A stretch of 64,000 nucleotides of DNA from the human T2T-CHM13v2.0 reference genome, Homo sapiens: NCBI RefSeq assembly GCF_009914755.1, contig NC_060927.1. One strand, written 5' to 3'. Made by a program: the position numbers and the translations under genes. The stretch's first letter is position 1. Each line of letters opens with the position of its first letter. Below, one piece after another: positions 42,730-56,811 of this stretch. Below the pieces are notes generated by a model. The model did no database searches, was not told the DNA's origin, and saw only the letters and a list, made by a program, of their open reading frames with translations.

Positions 42730-43451
42730 TGTTGACATTTGGTTTTTCCAGTGAAGTGCAGAAGTCTCACTTCTATTTAGATCTCTTTAACTTCCCCTAC
42801 TTCTTAATTTTAATTGGCTTAAGTATTCCTCAACATACCTTGCACACTACATCAAAACATGTTATAATTTTTATTTCAATCATACAAAATGGTTTTAAAA
42901 ACTCATGAGGTGAGGAATAGTTTATTATGTTTACCTTTTTGTCTAACCTGTTAGAAATAGGGAAAAATGTTTACCTTTATTTTAATTCGTTCTTCTTTCT
43001 TTTCTGAAAGTTCCAGTCTTCAATTTTTTTTTAAATTTTCTGTTAAGATAGCTTCCTTTAGTCATTCTTTAAGAGTAGGTATGACAGCAACAATTTCTGA
43101 GTTCATCTGAGAATGTCTTTATTGCCCCTTAGTTTTTAAAGATTAGTTTCACTGAACATAAAATTTGCAGTCGACAGTCTTGTTGTTTTTTCTTTCAGCT
43201 TGAAAAATGCTTTGCCTCTTCTTTCTGGCCTCTGTGATTTCAGATGAGAAATGCACTATCCTTTGAATTGCTTCTTTCTGATATTGAAGAATTGCTTCTT
43301 TCTAAATAATGCATTGCTTCTTTCTGACTGTTATTAAAGTTTTTTATTTGTCTTTAGTTTTTATAAGTTTAATTATAAGGTCTTTTAGTGTGAATGTTTT
43401 AGGTTTTCCTTATTTGGAGTTGGCTCAGGCTCTTGGATCTATAAGTTTATA

Positions 43452-43485
<34 letters not shown>

Positions 43486-44420
43486 TTTTTTTTGCCAAAT
43501 TTAGGAAGGTTACAGTCATCGTTCTTTGAATATTTTCCCAGGTCTACACTCTTTTTCCTCTCCTTGAACTCATATGAAATATTAGATATTTTGTTATTGT
43601 CCCACAAGTTCCCCAGGCTCTCTTCATTTTTTAAAGTCTGATTTCTTTTCCGTTGTTCAATTGAGCACATTCTATTGATCTGTCTTCAAGTTCTCTGAAT
43701 CTATCCTTTTTAATTTACTCCCCTATTGACTCTATACATTGAAGATTTTATTTTAGTAACTGCATTTTTCAGTTACCTAATTAGCATTTGGTTATTTTTA
43801 TAACATCTCTTTTTTGCTGGGATTTTTCAATTTTTAATTTGTTTCAAGATAACCCATAAGTGTTTAATCATTTTCATCATGGCTGTTCAAAAATGCTTCT
43901 TAGGTAATTCTGTTATCTGATTAATCTTGGTTTTGACATCAGTTGATTTTCTATCTCAATTAGTTTATGGTTCCTGGGTCTTGATATGACAAGTGTTTTT
44001 TATTTTTTATTGTATCTAGATATTTGGTTTTTATGTTAGGAGACCCTTAATCCTATTGAATCTCCTATTTATTAGGCAGTCACCCTGTTTATGTTTACCA
44101 TGTTGGCTCTGGCCTATTTTTGTAGGTAATGGTTCCAGTTACACTTTAGTTTTTAGGGCACAAGCAAATGCAATTTTGGTTTGCTTTGTTCTTCTGGCAT
44201 TGCTGGGCATCCCAGTCAAATCACTGCTGGTGCTGCCTGAGAGGGTGAGAATTGCTTCCCTGAGCCACCTGGTATCTCTATGCACCTTCTGCAGTAGGAA
44301 GGCACTTAGAAGCCACTGAACCTAGATCTTCTTACGCCACTGTGTCGAGGGCAGGTAGACACCAGGCTTCAGGTGATGCTGCTGGGATTACCCTGCCTAG
44401 CTTCGCTGTTGCTGCTGAGA
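42730..44420 (-). mobile_element. old L1M 5'/ORF1 region
   Basis: catctgagaatgtcttta, ctggcctctgtgatttcagatgagaaat, ctattgatctgtcttcaagttc; (TA)n(T)n at about 43449-43493. Confidence 0.7.
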
Positions 44421-44479
44421 AAAGATTAAGTCTGCACAACCAGACGTACCCTACAAATATGTACAATTACTATGAGGTA

Positions 44480-44983
44480 ATTGTGTATTCATACTATGGG
44501 ACACTCCCCTTGGATGCATCCTCCAAACTGGGAAAATTTAATTTCGCAGACCTTAAATTGTTTGGTTTAGGACTGGGCTCATGGGAAGGGAACCCAGAAG
44601 CCTGACATGCTAGCAGAAGGGTAAACATTTCTTTACCAATCAGGTTTGTGGCCTCCCTCTCCCTGTGCAAAAGGTTAAAAGGCCTTGGAATTTTTAAGCT
44701 GTCCTTACCCACCTGCTTGTTGCATTTTGATACATGTTTTCTAATAACCAGGTTTGTCTCTTCTCACCTTCAGGCCATCAAACTCCAAATGGTCATGCAA
44801 CCAGAGTCTCAGATGGACGATAGTCCCTTTTGCTGGGAACCCTTAGAAAGGCCTCTGAGGAAGCTCTGATTTCCATTTTCCCAAAACAGAGCCCCCATCA
44901 GCAGGAAGCAGTTGAGAATAGTCATTGTCCTTATGTTATCCTTATTGTAATGGCAGTTAGATGCACTTCTTTAGAGGAGGGAA
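44480..44983 (+). mobile_element. ERV1 internal 3' remnant (env TM tail and polypurine tract)
   Basis: ORF 44648-44869 contains SSHLQAIKLQMVMQP...PLERPL; PPT agaggagggaa immediately before the LTR TG. Confidence 0.75.
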
Positions 44984-45332
44984 TGATAGATGCAGGAGGA
45001 AGATAAGGAAACCTGCCCAGGGCCTTGTTTGGGCATGCCCATAATGGACTGGGGGCCCACCTACGTGCTGGGAGAGTGGGATGGAGCCACCGGGAATCCT
45101 TGTGCAGCGGGAAGAGGCCTGGCTTCTTCAGCTCCTGTGTGTGGTGGCCTGTTATTCAATAATCTGTGAGGTATGAGCCTGTTGGCTGGACTCCTTTATG
45201 TTTTGCTGAGAGCTTTCTTTTAATAAATTCTGCTCTCCTCACCTTTCAATGTGTCTGCATGCCTAATTTTTCCTGGTCATGTGACAAGAACCTGGATTTT
45301 AGCTGAACTAAGGAGCAAAAAGTCCTGCATCA
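44984..45332 (+). mobile_element. ERV1 3' LTR (MER61-like)
   Basis: tgatagatgcaggagg...aataaattctgctctcctcacc...agctgaactaaggagcaaaaagtcctgcatca. Confidence 0.75.
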
Positions 45333-46864
45333 TAAGCATCCAATTGCAAGTATACCCATTTGTGGAGTAAATTTTTAGCAGTGAGATTGTTGTATTAAAT
45401 GATTGTATTTGCTTTTTAAATGACCAAAAGACATCCAATATGTTCACATTAAAAAAAAATTATTTCTGGCAGTGGAAATATTAACCAAATAGCTATCAAA
45501 GATAGCTCTTTAAGAATTACTTAGGATTGCTGAGTACGTGGCTTAGAATCACTATTGACCTTATTTCTTAGAAAATAAGCTATTGAGAATGACAGGAAAT
45601 TAATAAGTTTATTAATGAAGTTCTATTTATGCTCCTGCTGTAAAAGTGTGGCTATTTATTGGCTTAAAAATGAATTTGTATTTTGATTATAGGTTTCAAT
45701 GTACAAAAACGTTTAAACTTGGTTATTTTGATATACACTATTAATGAGTCCAATCCTACTAGGAAAAGCACCTAAGATGGTGGCTGGCTAAGTGTAGATA
45801 CTCAATACATTGAAGTTATTGAGTTGATTTATTCATAGCTCTAGAATTCTGAAGACCATAACAAGCCAAATTTGGAGACCAAAAGGAGTTTGTTTACTTT
45901 GGCAAGCTTGGCTTGTTTCTCCCCAAGGAGCTTCCTGGTTTATAATCTTGTAGCTAAAAACTGGATTTACCATCAGAACATCGTAGTGTAGTTACTAAGG
46001 GAAAGTACACTACAGATTCACGGTAACCAAACATGAGAGAATGAGGCATAGAATAAGACTGCAGATGTAGCAGTTTACAGTGAAGGTTGTAACTGTTGAA
46101 GATTGCTTAGTGGTGTCTCAGATATTTTCTACTCGTTCTCAGGTGATATTTCTTGCACCAAATTGAGATCTAAAACTCACACTGTGGGCATGGAATTGAA
46201 AACCTTAATACTGTAAGATTTCAATCATATCATCTACTGAGTATCAGCTACTGAGACTGAAGTTATTAATTCCTGAATGCATAGTTGCAATTTCCCCTTC
46301 TGGATAGTACTTAAGGATAGGGACAGCCAATCTGTGCTTTTTAAATTGCTTCTTACTGCATTTCTGCCAGCTCTACCTTCTGTTAGACGTACTCTTTTCT
46401 TAGATATGTTAATACATTCCATCGGGTTATAATCAAGTCCTGCTGACATTATATGGATTTCCACATTCTCCTTTGATCTTCAATGGGTTGATTTTACTGT
46501 TTAATGTTTAACTCTAAAAGTCAGTTTAATTCCCGCATTTCCAACTTCCTAGGAACACCTGATTTTACCCCAAAAGTAATGAAATCAGTAATAACATTAA
46601 GGATGTCATAGTACTTAATAAATGTGATGTCCTTTATATTTTTACTTATACAATTAGATGAAAACAAGCTCTAATTTAATGAGCTTGTTACTTGCTATGA
46701 GCATTAGAAAGTGCACATAAAGAGTACATAACCTATTGAAAATTGGATTGTCACATCAGACCATTGGCGTTCTCTAATTAAATATACACATACACACACA
46801 ACTATACATGCATGCAGCTATATTTATTTGTATATAATGGATCTTTATGTATATGAAAAACCTT

Positions 46865-47172
46865 GGCCTGGTATAGTGGCTCACACCTATAATCCCAGCA
46901 TTTGGGGAGGCCGAGGCAGGGAGATTGCTTTAGCCCAGGAGTTTGGGACCAGCCTGGGCAATGTAATGAGACCTCGTCTCTACGAAAAATCCAGAAAAAA
47001 ATAAGCTTGGCATGGTAGCACACACCTGTAGTCCCAGTTACTCAGGAGGCTGAGGTGGGAGGATCACTTGAGACCAGGAGGTTGAGGCTGCAGTGACTGT
47101 GATTACACCACTGCATGATCTGCCATCCTGGGTGACAGAGCAAGACCCTGTCAAAAAAAGAAAAATTAAAAC
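46865..47172 (+). mobile_element. AluJ
   Basis: full dimer; aaaacctt on both flanks. Confidence 0.92.
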
Positions 47173-47519
47173 AATTTAAAACCTTAAGTTTATATTGATA
47201 CTTTTCATTACAATTCAACATAATGTTTTTTTTCTAACCTTTCCATGTATGTCACTCCCATCTCCAACAGTAAAACACCAACTTTTCACTATCAACAATT
47301 CATTTTATTTAACTAGAATCACATAAAGTAGCTTCATAATTGTTAATTCATGTTAGAGTGAGAAAACAGCTACAAATTAGAGTTCAATACATTCTTAATT
47401 TTTTTAGTCTTTAATATAAGCATATATAATCAAAGCACTGTGCTCAAAATTTACTCAAGTTAGCTCCCTCCCTCACCCCTTTAAGTGTGGTTATGTTATT
47501 TATTTGCAATACAAATGGT

Positions 47520-48500
47520 TAAAATCTGGAAAAATGTGAACATTAAAATAAATAGTGAAAGTAGTGAAATATACAAAATATAGAATGAAATATAACAAGT
47601 ATTCATAAGTTCATAATGATATAAATGATGGATGAATGAGATAGAATTCTTCCTTACTGTAGAGTGTAAACAAATGAGATAGAAGTAATAATGGAATTAG
47701 AATATCACCAGAGCAATAATTATTTTAGGCAGAAGCATGAACTATCATTAAAAATAATGAGTAAAAATTTGAAAATAAACAGAGCATTTCCCCAAAAGAT
47801 GCATATTAAACTCAAAATGGAAAAAAAGTAGATTTCTAGTGCAGAAACTTGGCAGATACCATCTTACTTGAGTGATCAAAGTCAAAATCACCATTAATGA
47901 TGCTGTGTCTCCTGATATGATGTACTGAGAAGGCAACAGCACCTCTGAGGTTGATACAGTTTGGCTCCGTGTTCCCACAAAAATCTCACGTGGAATTGTA
48001 ATAATGCCCATGTGTCAAGAGTGAGACCAGGTGTATGTAATTCAGTCACGGGGGCAGTTTTCCCCATGCTATTCTCATGATAATGAGTGAGTTCTCATGA
48101 GATCTGATGGTTTTGTAAGCATCTGGCATTTCTCCTGCTGGCACTCTTTCTCTCTCCTGCCACTCTGTGAAGAGGTGCCTTCCACCATGATTGTAAATTT
48201 GCTGAGGCCTCCTCTGCCATGCAAAACTGTGATTCAATTAAACCTCCTTTTTAAAAAATAAATTACCCAGTCTCTGGTATTTCTTCATAGCTGCATGAGA
48301 ATGAACTAATATAGAGGTATTGCTACCAAAAATGTAAATCAAATCATAAAGAATGTCTGAAAAACCCAAATTGAGGGACAGTCTACCAAAAGAATGTCTT
48401 ACACTATTCAAAAATATCAAGGTAATGAAATATAAAGAAAGCTCAATAAACTATTACAGATTATAGAAAACTGAATAAGCATTTTAGCTGAATGCTAAAT
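47520..48500 (+). mobile_element. L1MC4-like 3' region split by THE1D
   Basis: gcagaaacttggcagataccatcttacttgagtgatcaaagt...aaacccaaattgagggacagtctac. Confidence 0.7.
47952..48313 (+). mobile_element. THE1D-like MaLR solo LTR
   Basis: tgatacagtttggctccgtgttccca...gcatctggcatttctcctgctggcact...actaatata; 5-bp TSD gaggt at 47947-47951 and 48314-48318. Confidence 0.9.
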
Positions 48501-49559
48501 CCTGATTTTTACTTTTCAATGTGATGACTCCCTCAGCAATGAATTTGAGGTGACAAGCACTATTTTAATTTCATTTTGTTCTCAGTTTTTATGTCTTTTT
48601 GTGGATGGAGGAAATTTCTAATATTTCAAAACTGAAGTCATTATTATTTAACAGATTTTGTTAACTTTTAAAAATATATTTCTGACTCTTGCACTTCTTT
48701 GTACCATCCAAAACAAGACACGATTTACTTAGGACTAATGTTCTTTTGTTAGGGTGGTTCTAGGGCTTAATAACACTAAAACCTTTATGACTTTAAAATG
48801 AAAAATTGATTCAATTTCTTCTCAGCTAAAAGCTTTCTTCCTTCTAGACACCACTTTTGCTTCTGAAAACTACTATTAATGTCTCAATGTGCTTTTGAGA
48901 GACACTAAACATAAATACATAGTTGATTGCTGAAGCAACTCCAAGGTGTTGATCATAAGCTGGAGATTTTTTTAGTGTAGTATCCTCTTTGTCAGAATTT
49001 TTATTTTCTTGAAATTTAGTGCAATAGCATAAAACTATTTTTATAGCTGATACATAATGTATGATTGGCCATAAATCTGAACTCTGTCTGGCATTGGACA
49101 GATACAAGTACCACAATATAATAAATTTATTACAATGACTGACTTTAATAGCCCCTCATAGTCTAAGTTCAAAGCATTAGAGCTTTTGGAATGTTCCACA
49201 CTTTCCAAGTTCCAGCTCTTCCGTCACCTGCACCTGTTTAAATGGAGATAAATGAATTGAAAAGTCAGTTAATGTATAAATGTTCCGTTTGCCCACTTCC
49301 ACATGGACCACTGGCAGTCAAAAGCCCGCTGACACTGCCACATCATAAAACTCCTAAAGTCTTCTCTTACTGATAAAACAAGCTAAGATTATTTAGCTCT
49401 CAGGGGATACTGAGTTAAAAGAAAATTGAGCTAAATGTCCTTTGCAGCTCTTAATGTAGTCAACATTAGATGAATTTTCCTCTGCAGTAGTCAGCCTTTA
49501 CTTTATCCTGATGTGTGTTGTGGGCTGGAGCTTCTAGCTGATGGCAAGCTTAGGAAGAA

Positions 49560-49942
49560 AGCCTCAGCTGACAGAGCACTGCAACCTCTCCCAAGGCCAC
49601 TAACTCAGAGTTAATCCAAGGCAAACCCAGAACCTTTACTGGAACACTGTTGAGGAAGGAGATGTCTCTCCTTGACATGAAGATTTGATGAAGCCTGGAG
49701 CACCTGGAGGCTGCCAGGAAAAGAGATCCTAGTCCTACTGTAGAGAAGAACTGAGTCATACACTGTGGGGAGGGACCTGGTCTTGAGGACATCATTAAAT
49801 ATCCTAGATCCAGCTATCCCTGAAGATTTTCTATTCCTAGAGTTTTCATTTATGTGAGAAAATAGATCCCTGCCCCCTTCTCATTTCTACTGAAGCCAAT
49901 TTGAGGTGGGTTTTAAGTGTCTTGCATCAAAAGTGTCATGAA
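49560..49942 (+). mobile_element. old MLT1 (J/K/L-like) LTR
   Basis: tcctagatccagctatccctgaag...aagccaatttgaggtgggtttt...cttgcatcaaaagt. Confidence 0.6.
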
Positions 49943-50144
49943 GAAGAGACTTCCTCATTCTATTGAAATAAAGATTGTTAAACTTGAGAGGGCTGTGATA
50001 AGGCTGTTGAAAAGCACGTCAGGAACATTTGGGAATCAAGGGAAGAATCTGACTCAAAATATCAGGGAAGTGACTGGTTACATATTTTGACAAGACTCCT
50101 CAGATATTTTGGATGATATCTTACACTTCTAGTATAAAAGGCCT

Positions 50145-50276
50145 GTGTTTAAGCCCTTGATGCAGCATTTAATGTGTACAACCTTGCCAAGTCATTTATT
50201 TTCTTAGGGCCTTGGTTCTAAAATGAAAATCATTACCCCTCTTATCTACTTTAGACTGATATAAGAAACAAATCGG
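50145..50276 (+). mobile_element. MIR (target of the retrocopy insertion; continues at about 51609-51650)
   Basis: accttgccaagtcatttatttt...taaaatgaaaat; after the insertion ggatatgtaaaagattttgaaactata. Confidence 0.55.
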
Positions 50277-50290
50277 GGAAAACGCGTCAC

Positions 50291-51447
<1,157 letters not shown>

Positions 51448-51554
51448 AAACAGCAGAAAAGGGTTGAATGAGAACCCTACTTGCCTAAATGAGGAATGTC
51501 TTTCCTACCATCTAAAATACGAAGGTTTTTGGCTGGGTAAGGTTTGTAGTTGAC

Positions 51555-51560
51555 AGTAAA
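51555..51560 (+). terminator. non-canonical polyadenylation signal AGTAAA
   Basis: 13 nt upstream of the retroposed poly(A); no AATAAA or ATTAAA seen in the 3'UTR. Confidence 0.7.
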
Positions 51561-52114
51561 ACCTGATGACACCAAAAAAAAAAAAAAAAAAAAAAAGAAA
51601 CAAATCGGCATGGATATGTAAAAGATTTTGAAACTATAGAATGCCTAAAAACAGAAAATATTAATAAGAAAGTAAAATTTTCCACTTACATCAAGTAGTT
51701 TCTTTCCACGTTTGCATCTATCTTTTTTCCTTTGGGTAATATGTTCAGGTTTACCATGTTTTTAGAATTATTTTACTTCAAATTGGAAAAATCTGATGCA
51801 TAAATCTAACAATGAGCAGCAGCTTACCATAAAGTACACAAAAATTTTCCTTTGAATACTTTATTTGAGAAGGTCTTTCTCACGTCTGCACATTTGGGGA
51901 ACATATACTTAAAGATTAATAGGAAGAGTTTCTCTTCTTGGGAATATAAGATTCTCATGAGAAAAAATTAAATTTGATTTTAAAAAATTTCAGAAACGTA
52001 CAACTCAGCTGTTTATTCTCATTGGTCTCTATGAACCTAAAAAGAAAATAAAAAGGTGGAGATATAATCTAAATCAAATACTATATGTGAACATGTCCAG
52101 ATAATAGGAGCTTA

Positions 52115-52633
52115 ACCACAAAAGGAATATAAATCATTCTAATATAAAGACACATGCACATGTATGTTCAATACAGCACTATTCACAATAGTAAAGACAT
52201 GAAATCAACCTAAATGGTCATCAATGAGAGACTGGATAAAGAAAATATGGTACATATACACCACGGATTACTACGCAGCCATAAAAAGGAATGAGATCAT
52301 GTTCTTTGCAGTTTCATGGGTGGAGCTGGAGGCCATTATCCTTAGCAAACTAATGCAGGAACAGAAAACCAAATAGTGCATGTTCTCACTTATAAGTGGG
52401 AGATCAGTGACGAGAACACACGGACACATAGAGGCTAACAACACACACTGGGGCCTATTGGAGGGTGGAGGGTGAGAGGAGGGAGAGGATCAGGAAAAAT
52501 AACTAATGGGTCCTAGGTTTAATACCTGGATGATGAAATAATCTGTACAACAAACCCCCATGGCATAAGTTTACCTGTGTAACAACCCTGAACTTGTACC
52601 CCTGAAGTTAAAATGAAAGTTACAAAAAAAAAA
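52115..52633 (+). mobile_element. L1PA (about PA11-16) 3' end, 5'-truncated
   Basis: aaagacacatgcacatgtatgttc...gggagaggatcaggaaaaataactaatggg...A tail. Confidence 0.9.
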
Positions 52634-53152
52634 TCAGTGCAAATCTTGACTCTGGACTTTAATGTTCTAAGTCATACTCTGGCTCTGCTTACTCCTCTGT
52701 TTCATCTCCTGCACTACACCCCTCCCTTTTTAAACTATAGTCGCATTGGCTGCCTCTGTGTCTTCACCTCAAAGCTTTTGCACAAGAGCTTTTCTTTTCC
52801 TGGAACACACTTCTTCCAGAGCTCCCTAGGGCTAATCCCATCTTATACAAGTCTCAATGATTTTAACATGTCCTCCACAGATAGCCTTCCCTCTAATCAC
52901 TTAATTTAAATGAAACCCCCAATTATTATCTCTGGCCTGTACTTATTGTTACCTATTTTATAATATGTCACCCCCATATGATATTTTGTTTCATCATTTA
53001 CTTGTTTGCTTGTCTCTTCCACTGTAATATAATCTCATAGTAGCAGAGAATCTCTCTCTCTTTTGTACATGATTTTACTACCAGCAACTAGAAGAGTATC
53101 TAGTGCTAAGGAGGCCCTTAATAAATGTTTTTTGAAGAAATAAATGATGAAT
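52634..53152 (+). mobile_element. L2a 3' end
   Basis: cttttcctggaacacacttc...ttaataaatgttttttgaagaaataaatga. Confidence 0.7.
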
Positions 53153-53849
53153 CAATAAGTCCTTATGGCAAAATTCTGTCCCATCGCAGTTGAGTTTATA
53201 AGATCAGGAAAATTCTGCCTTTCCAGTTGAACTACTAGTCAAAATTTCCAAAGTATGAATTTTTTAAGAAAAAGTCAATTTCAGATCTTTTCATTCTCTG
53301 TTTCTCTTGTTTTTATTTTGCAAAATATTTTAAAACATTATTCCAAATATGTTCTCAATTTGGGTGGGTACTGAAAAGTTGCAAATCTGTCTTGAATTTG
53401 GTGCCAATTTAATCTCTATCATTCTTCCACTTGGATTCTGAGCCTTTGTAGTGAGATCAGATGTTTATCTAAAGAACTTTTTATTTTGGGGCTTGAAAAG
53501 ATGACATAGACTCCGTAACTTTTATGAAGTATCCCTGAAGCCAGATAATATGACTGTTATGGTGCCAGGGCATGAGGGCAGAAGCGATTTTTTAGCTTAT
53601 TTGAACTCTCCAAGGAGTTTCTCTGCTGCTCACCTCTTTCCTTCTTCATTCAACAAGCTAAGTACCATGATTGCTCTTATCTTCGGCGCAGCCCTCAGAG
53701 AGTAGCATTTCACCACATCACTTCTGTCCTGGTCGTCTTCATCCTTTGACATAAACAATATAGAGGTTTAATGTAACATCCATTTTTTCACTCTCATCGT
53801 CAAGGACATTGGTAGAAGCAGGAAAACTCAGTGGCTCAGAACAGGGGCC

Positions 53850-54040
53850 ATGACTTTTGTAGTCACTCTCTCACTTAGGAGTTGTGTCATTTGGATTTCA
53901 TCCCATTTTCAAAAAATGGGGATGATAAAAGTGTCTAATGCAAAAGATATTGTGAGGTTTATATGAGAGGACACACACACAGCACTTAGCACAATCCTTG
54001 ACACATTAAATACACAGCCAATAAACTGTTAGTTGCTTTT
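53850..54040 (+). mobile_element. MIR
   Basis: aaaatggggatgataaaagt...attgtgagg...agcacttagcacaatccttgacaca. Confidence 0.7.
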
Positions 54041-56811
54041 ATGATTGTTGTATCTTTCTTATGATTATTGCCTCTGTACCAGTCTCTGACCTGCATGCTC
54101 CCATGAAGTCATTGCCAAACTTTTGAGACAGAAGGATCACAGCAAAACAGATCCACAGGTTTTGACTCCATAGGAGGGCCCAGGGCAGCAATTTGGTTGG
54201 CTGGATCAAAGTGGACAGAAGGGCAGAGAGAGCAGACAGCTGCTGTGTGTGCACAGGTCTGATGGCAACCCACAGAAAAACTTCATGAGCGATAAGGCCA
54301 AAGGTTCTTTGAGATGGGAGTTTATTGTATACCCTTGTTGAAGAAAAGACCTAATATGAATTGATGGGCTTTTTATTTCCTTGAAGGAAAAAAAAATTAA
54401 AAATTTTATCTGCATATTAAAATGCATCAGATTTAAATATAGATAAACTTGGAATGCATTTGCTGCATACTATCTTTACCCCTCCTTTCCCCACCTGTCT
54501 TCCTGTAATCATCAAACTATTATTTCTTGAACACTGACTGCATTTTTACCTGTATTCGAGTGAGGTCACTGAAGAGCTAGATTTGGTTCCTGTCTGACCA
54601 TGTGACTTTCCTAAAACCCTCCTGTAATTCCTTTGAAATATATGCACTCAGCAGTCAAATAAATTCCTCCTGAAACCACATGGTAATTCCAGCATATGGT
54701 AAAGGAAGTTTTGAGTTTTTATCTGCCAAGCCTGACCTCAAACTTCTAGGAAACAGATTGTGATGTAACTTTTTAATAAGTTAAGTCTTCATCCTTACAA
54801 AGATACGTTATTAGATAGATGTGCAGTGGATGGCATACCATGCTATATTCGCATTATGTGTTTAATCTAAATATAGGTTTCCTTCAATGTAGCTTACAAA
54901 AGGAAATTGGTGTTATTTCACTTTTTAACTGTTGGGCTTGATAAGAACTGCTCAGCACATTGTATTTTAAAATATAAAAACATATAAAAGCTACTTACAG
55001 AATAAAACTGACAAAAATAAAATTTTCTGATATTGCTAGCCTCTGTTTTTTCCCTCCCAGGGGAAAACAGGATCCTATTTATTGCAGCTATAACAATATT
55101 TGTATCATTTCATCATGCCATTCCATTATCACAACTCAGCAGACTCAGCTGAATTTGGGGGCGATATGTTGAAGTCGTTTTTTTTCTTTTGCCATTTTGA
55201 ACCAAATGCAGATTTAATGTCAAAAAGGTATGAAATTGACATTTATTAAACTATATAATATTTTGGAATGAAATAGCATGTCGTACATAATATTTTGCAT
55301 AAAACTAATTTTAAAATGAGCAATTTGCAATGGCTAATTTTCATCCTATTGAAAGTAATGTTTGGAAGCAGATGGAGACTTGTTTAATTAGGGCTATGTT
55401 TTACAATGACATTTCACTCAGGATTTTTTTTGTCAAAATTTGTTTAATAAAAGAAGACTTAAAAAGATATATATAAATTTGTAGATGGTTTTATAGTTTG
55501 CCAAAGACCTTTGTTCTCATTATCTAATTTTTATTTCTAGGCTTATAACAGTTCTAGGATATGTGTAAGGCAGTTAAAATACTGCCTTAGAATGGACTAC
55601 TAGACTATATGGAAACATGAAACAGAGATATTGCTTAGATCAGTAACTAAATTATCTGGCCTTTGTTAATATAGAATGACTACCCTAGGAAAAGGAATAT
55701 CTACTTCGTAAGGTCTGAATCCTACTCAGAAATTAGCTGTGTGATAAAGATAAAGATGGCATTTGGCACCAGTGGGAACATCATGGCCATTTTAACACCA
55801 ATTGGTTTTTCATTTGGGAAAAAATAAAATCAGATAACCTGTGCTACAAAATACTTCAAAGTAAGCCTCTCATGAAGTCAATATTTAAATTTGAACAAAT
55901 TTATCAGTAAAAGATTTAGAAGAAAACAGAGAAGGATATTTGTATTATCTTGGGTTAAGGATGGTCTTCTTGCACACTTCAAGGAAAAGATTATAAAGTT
56001 TCATTTAAAAATTGTAAGGTTTAATGTGACCAAAAAACATTTTAAAAGACCAGTTGCAGCCTCAGGAGACAGTATTTTTGTGACCACTCTTAAGTTGGTG
56101 GTTGTTCCTTGAATCCAAGATACAATAGACATTCAAAAATGAGATATCAAGCCAAACTATGCATTTTTAAGGAAGTTATCTGTAAAACAGTAACATAACT
56201 TTCAATTCCTTAACCAAAATCATAAAAGGATCTGAGCAGCTGGTGATGGGGAAGCAGAAGAATGGAGAAGTGAAGTGTCTATAAAGAGGATATCTGAAGG
56301 TAGCCGTTACTGTGATGAAAAATCCCACCCCACTACCTTGGCTGAGAATATGCACTGTGGTCCCTTATCTTAGGACTAGTGAGAAGGGCTTTCCTTGGAT
56401 CAGGAGGAGAGCCTGCTAACTGTCCACTGCCTTTGGAGGTGACAATCGTGCCTGACTTCCACCAGAGAAATGTCATGGTTGAGGGATGGGCTTGAGAGTT
56501 GCTGACCTGTAAGCCACAGAAGTTGCTGTTGAGTTAGGATTTGTTTGCTCTCTCAGAAAGTTGTCAGGGCAATGTGTCAGGATTCATGAGTGATTAGAAC
56601 CTGGGTCATATCCTGAACATATGCTGAATGATGTTGTTTCGGGACTTGTCCAGGAAGATTGAACAAACCACAGAGAGATAAAGTGATAACCTGCAGGATT
56701 CCCAGATCAAAAGGAGACATCCCAACAGGACTCATGCAAAGCTCCATGTGAGAGTTCCTTTTAAATATCTGCTAAAAGAAAACATGATTTCATCTTATTG
56801 CAGTATCCATC

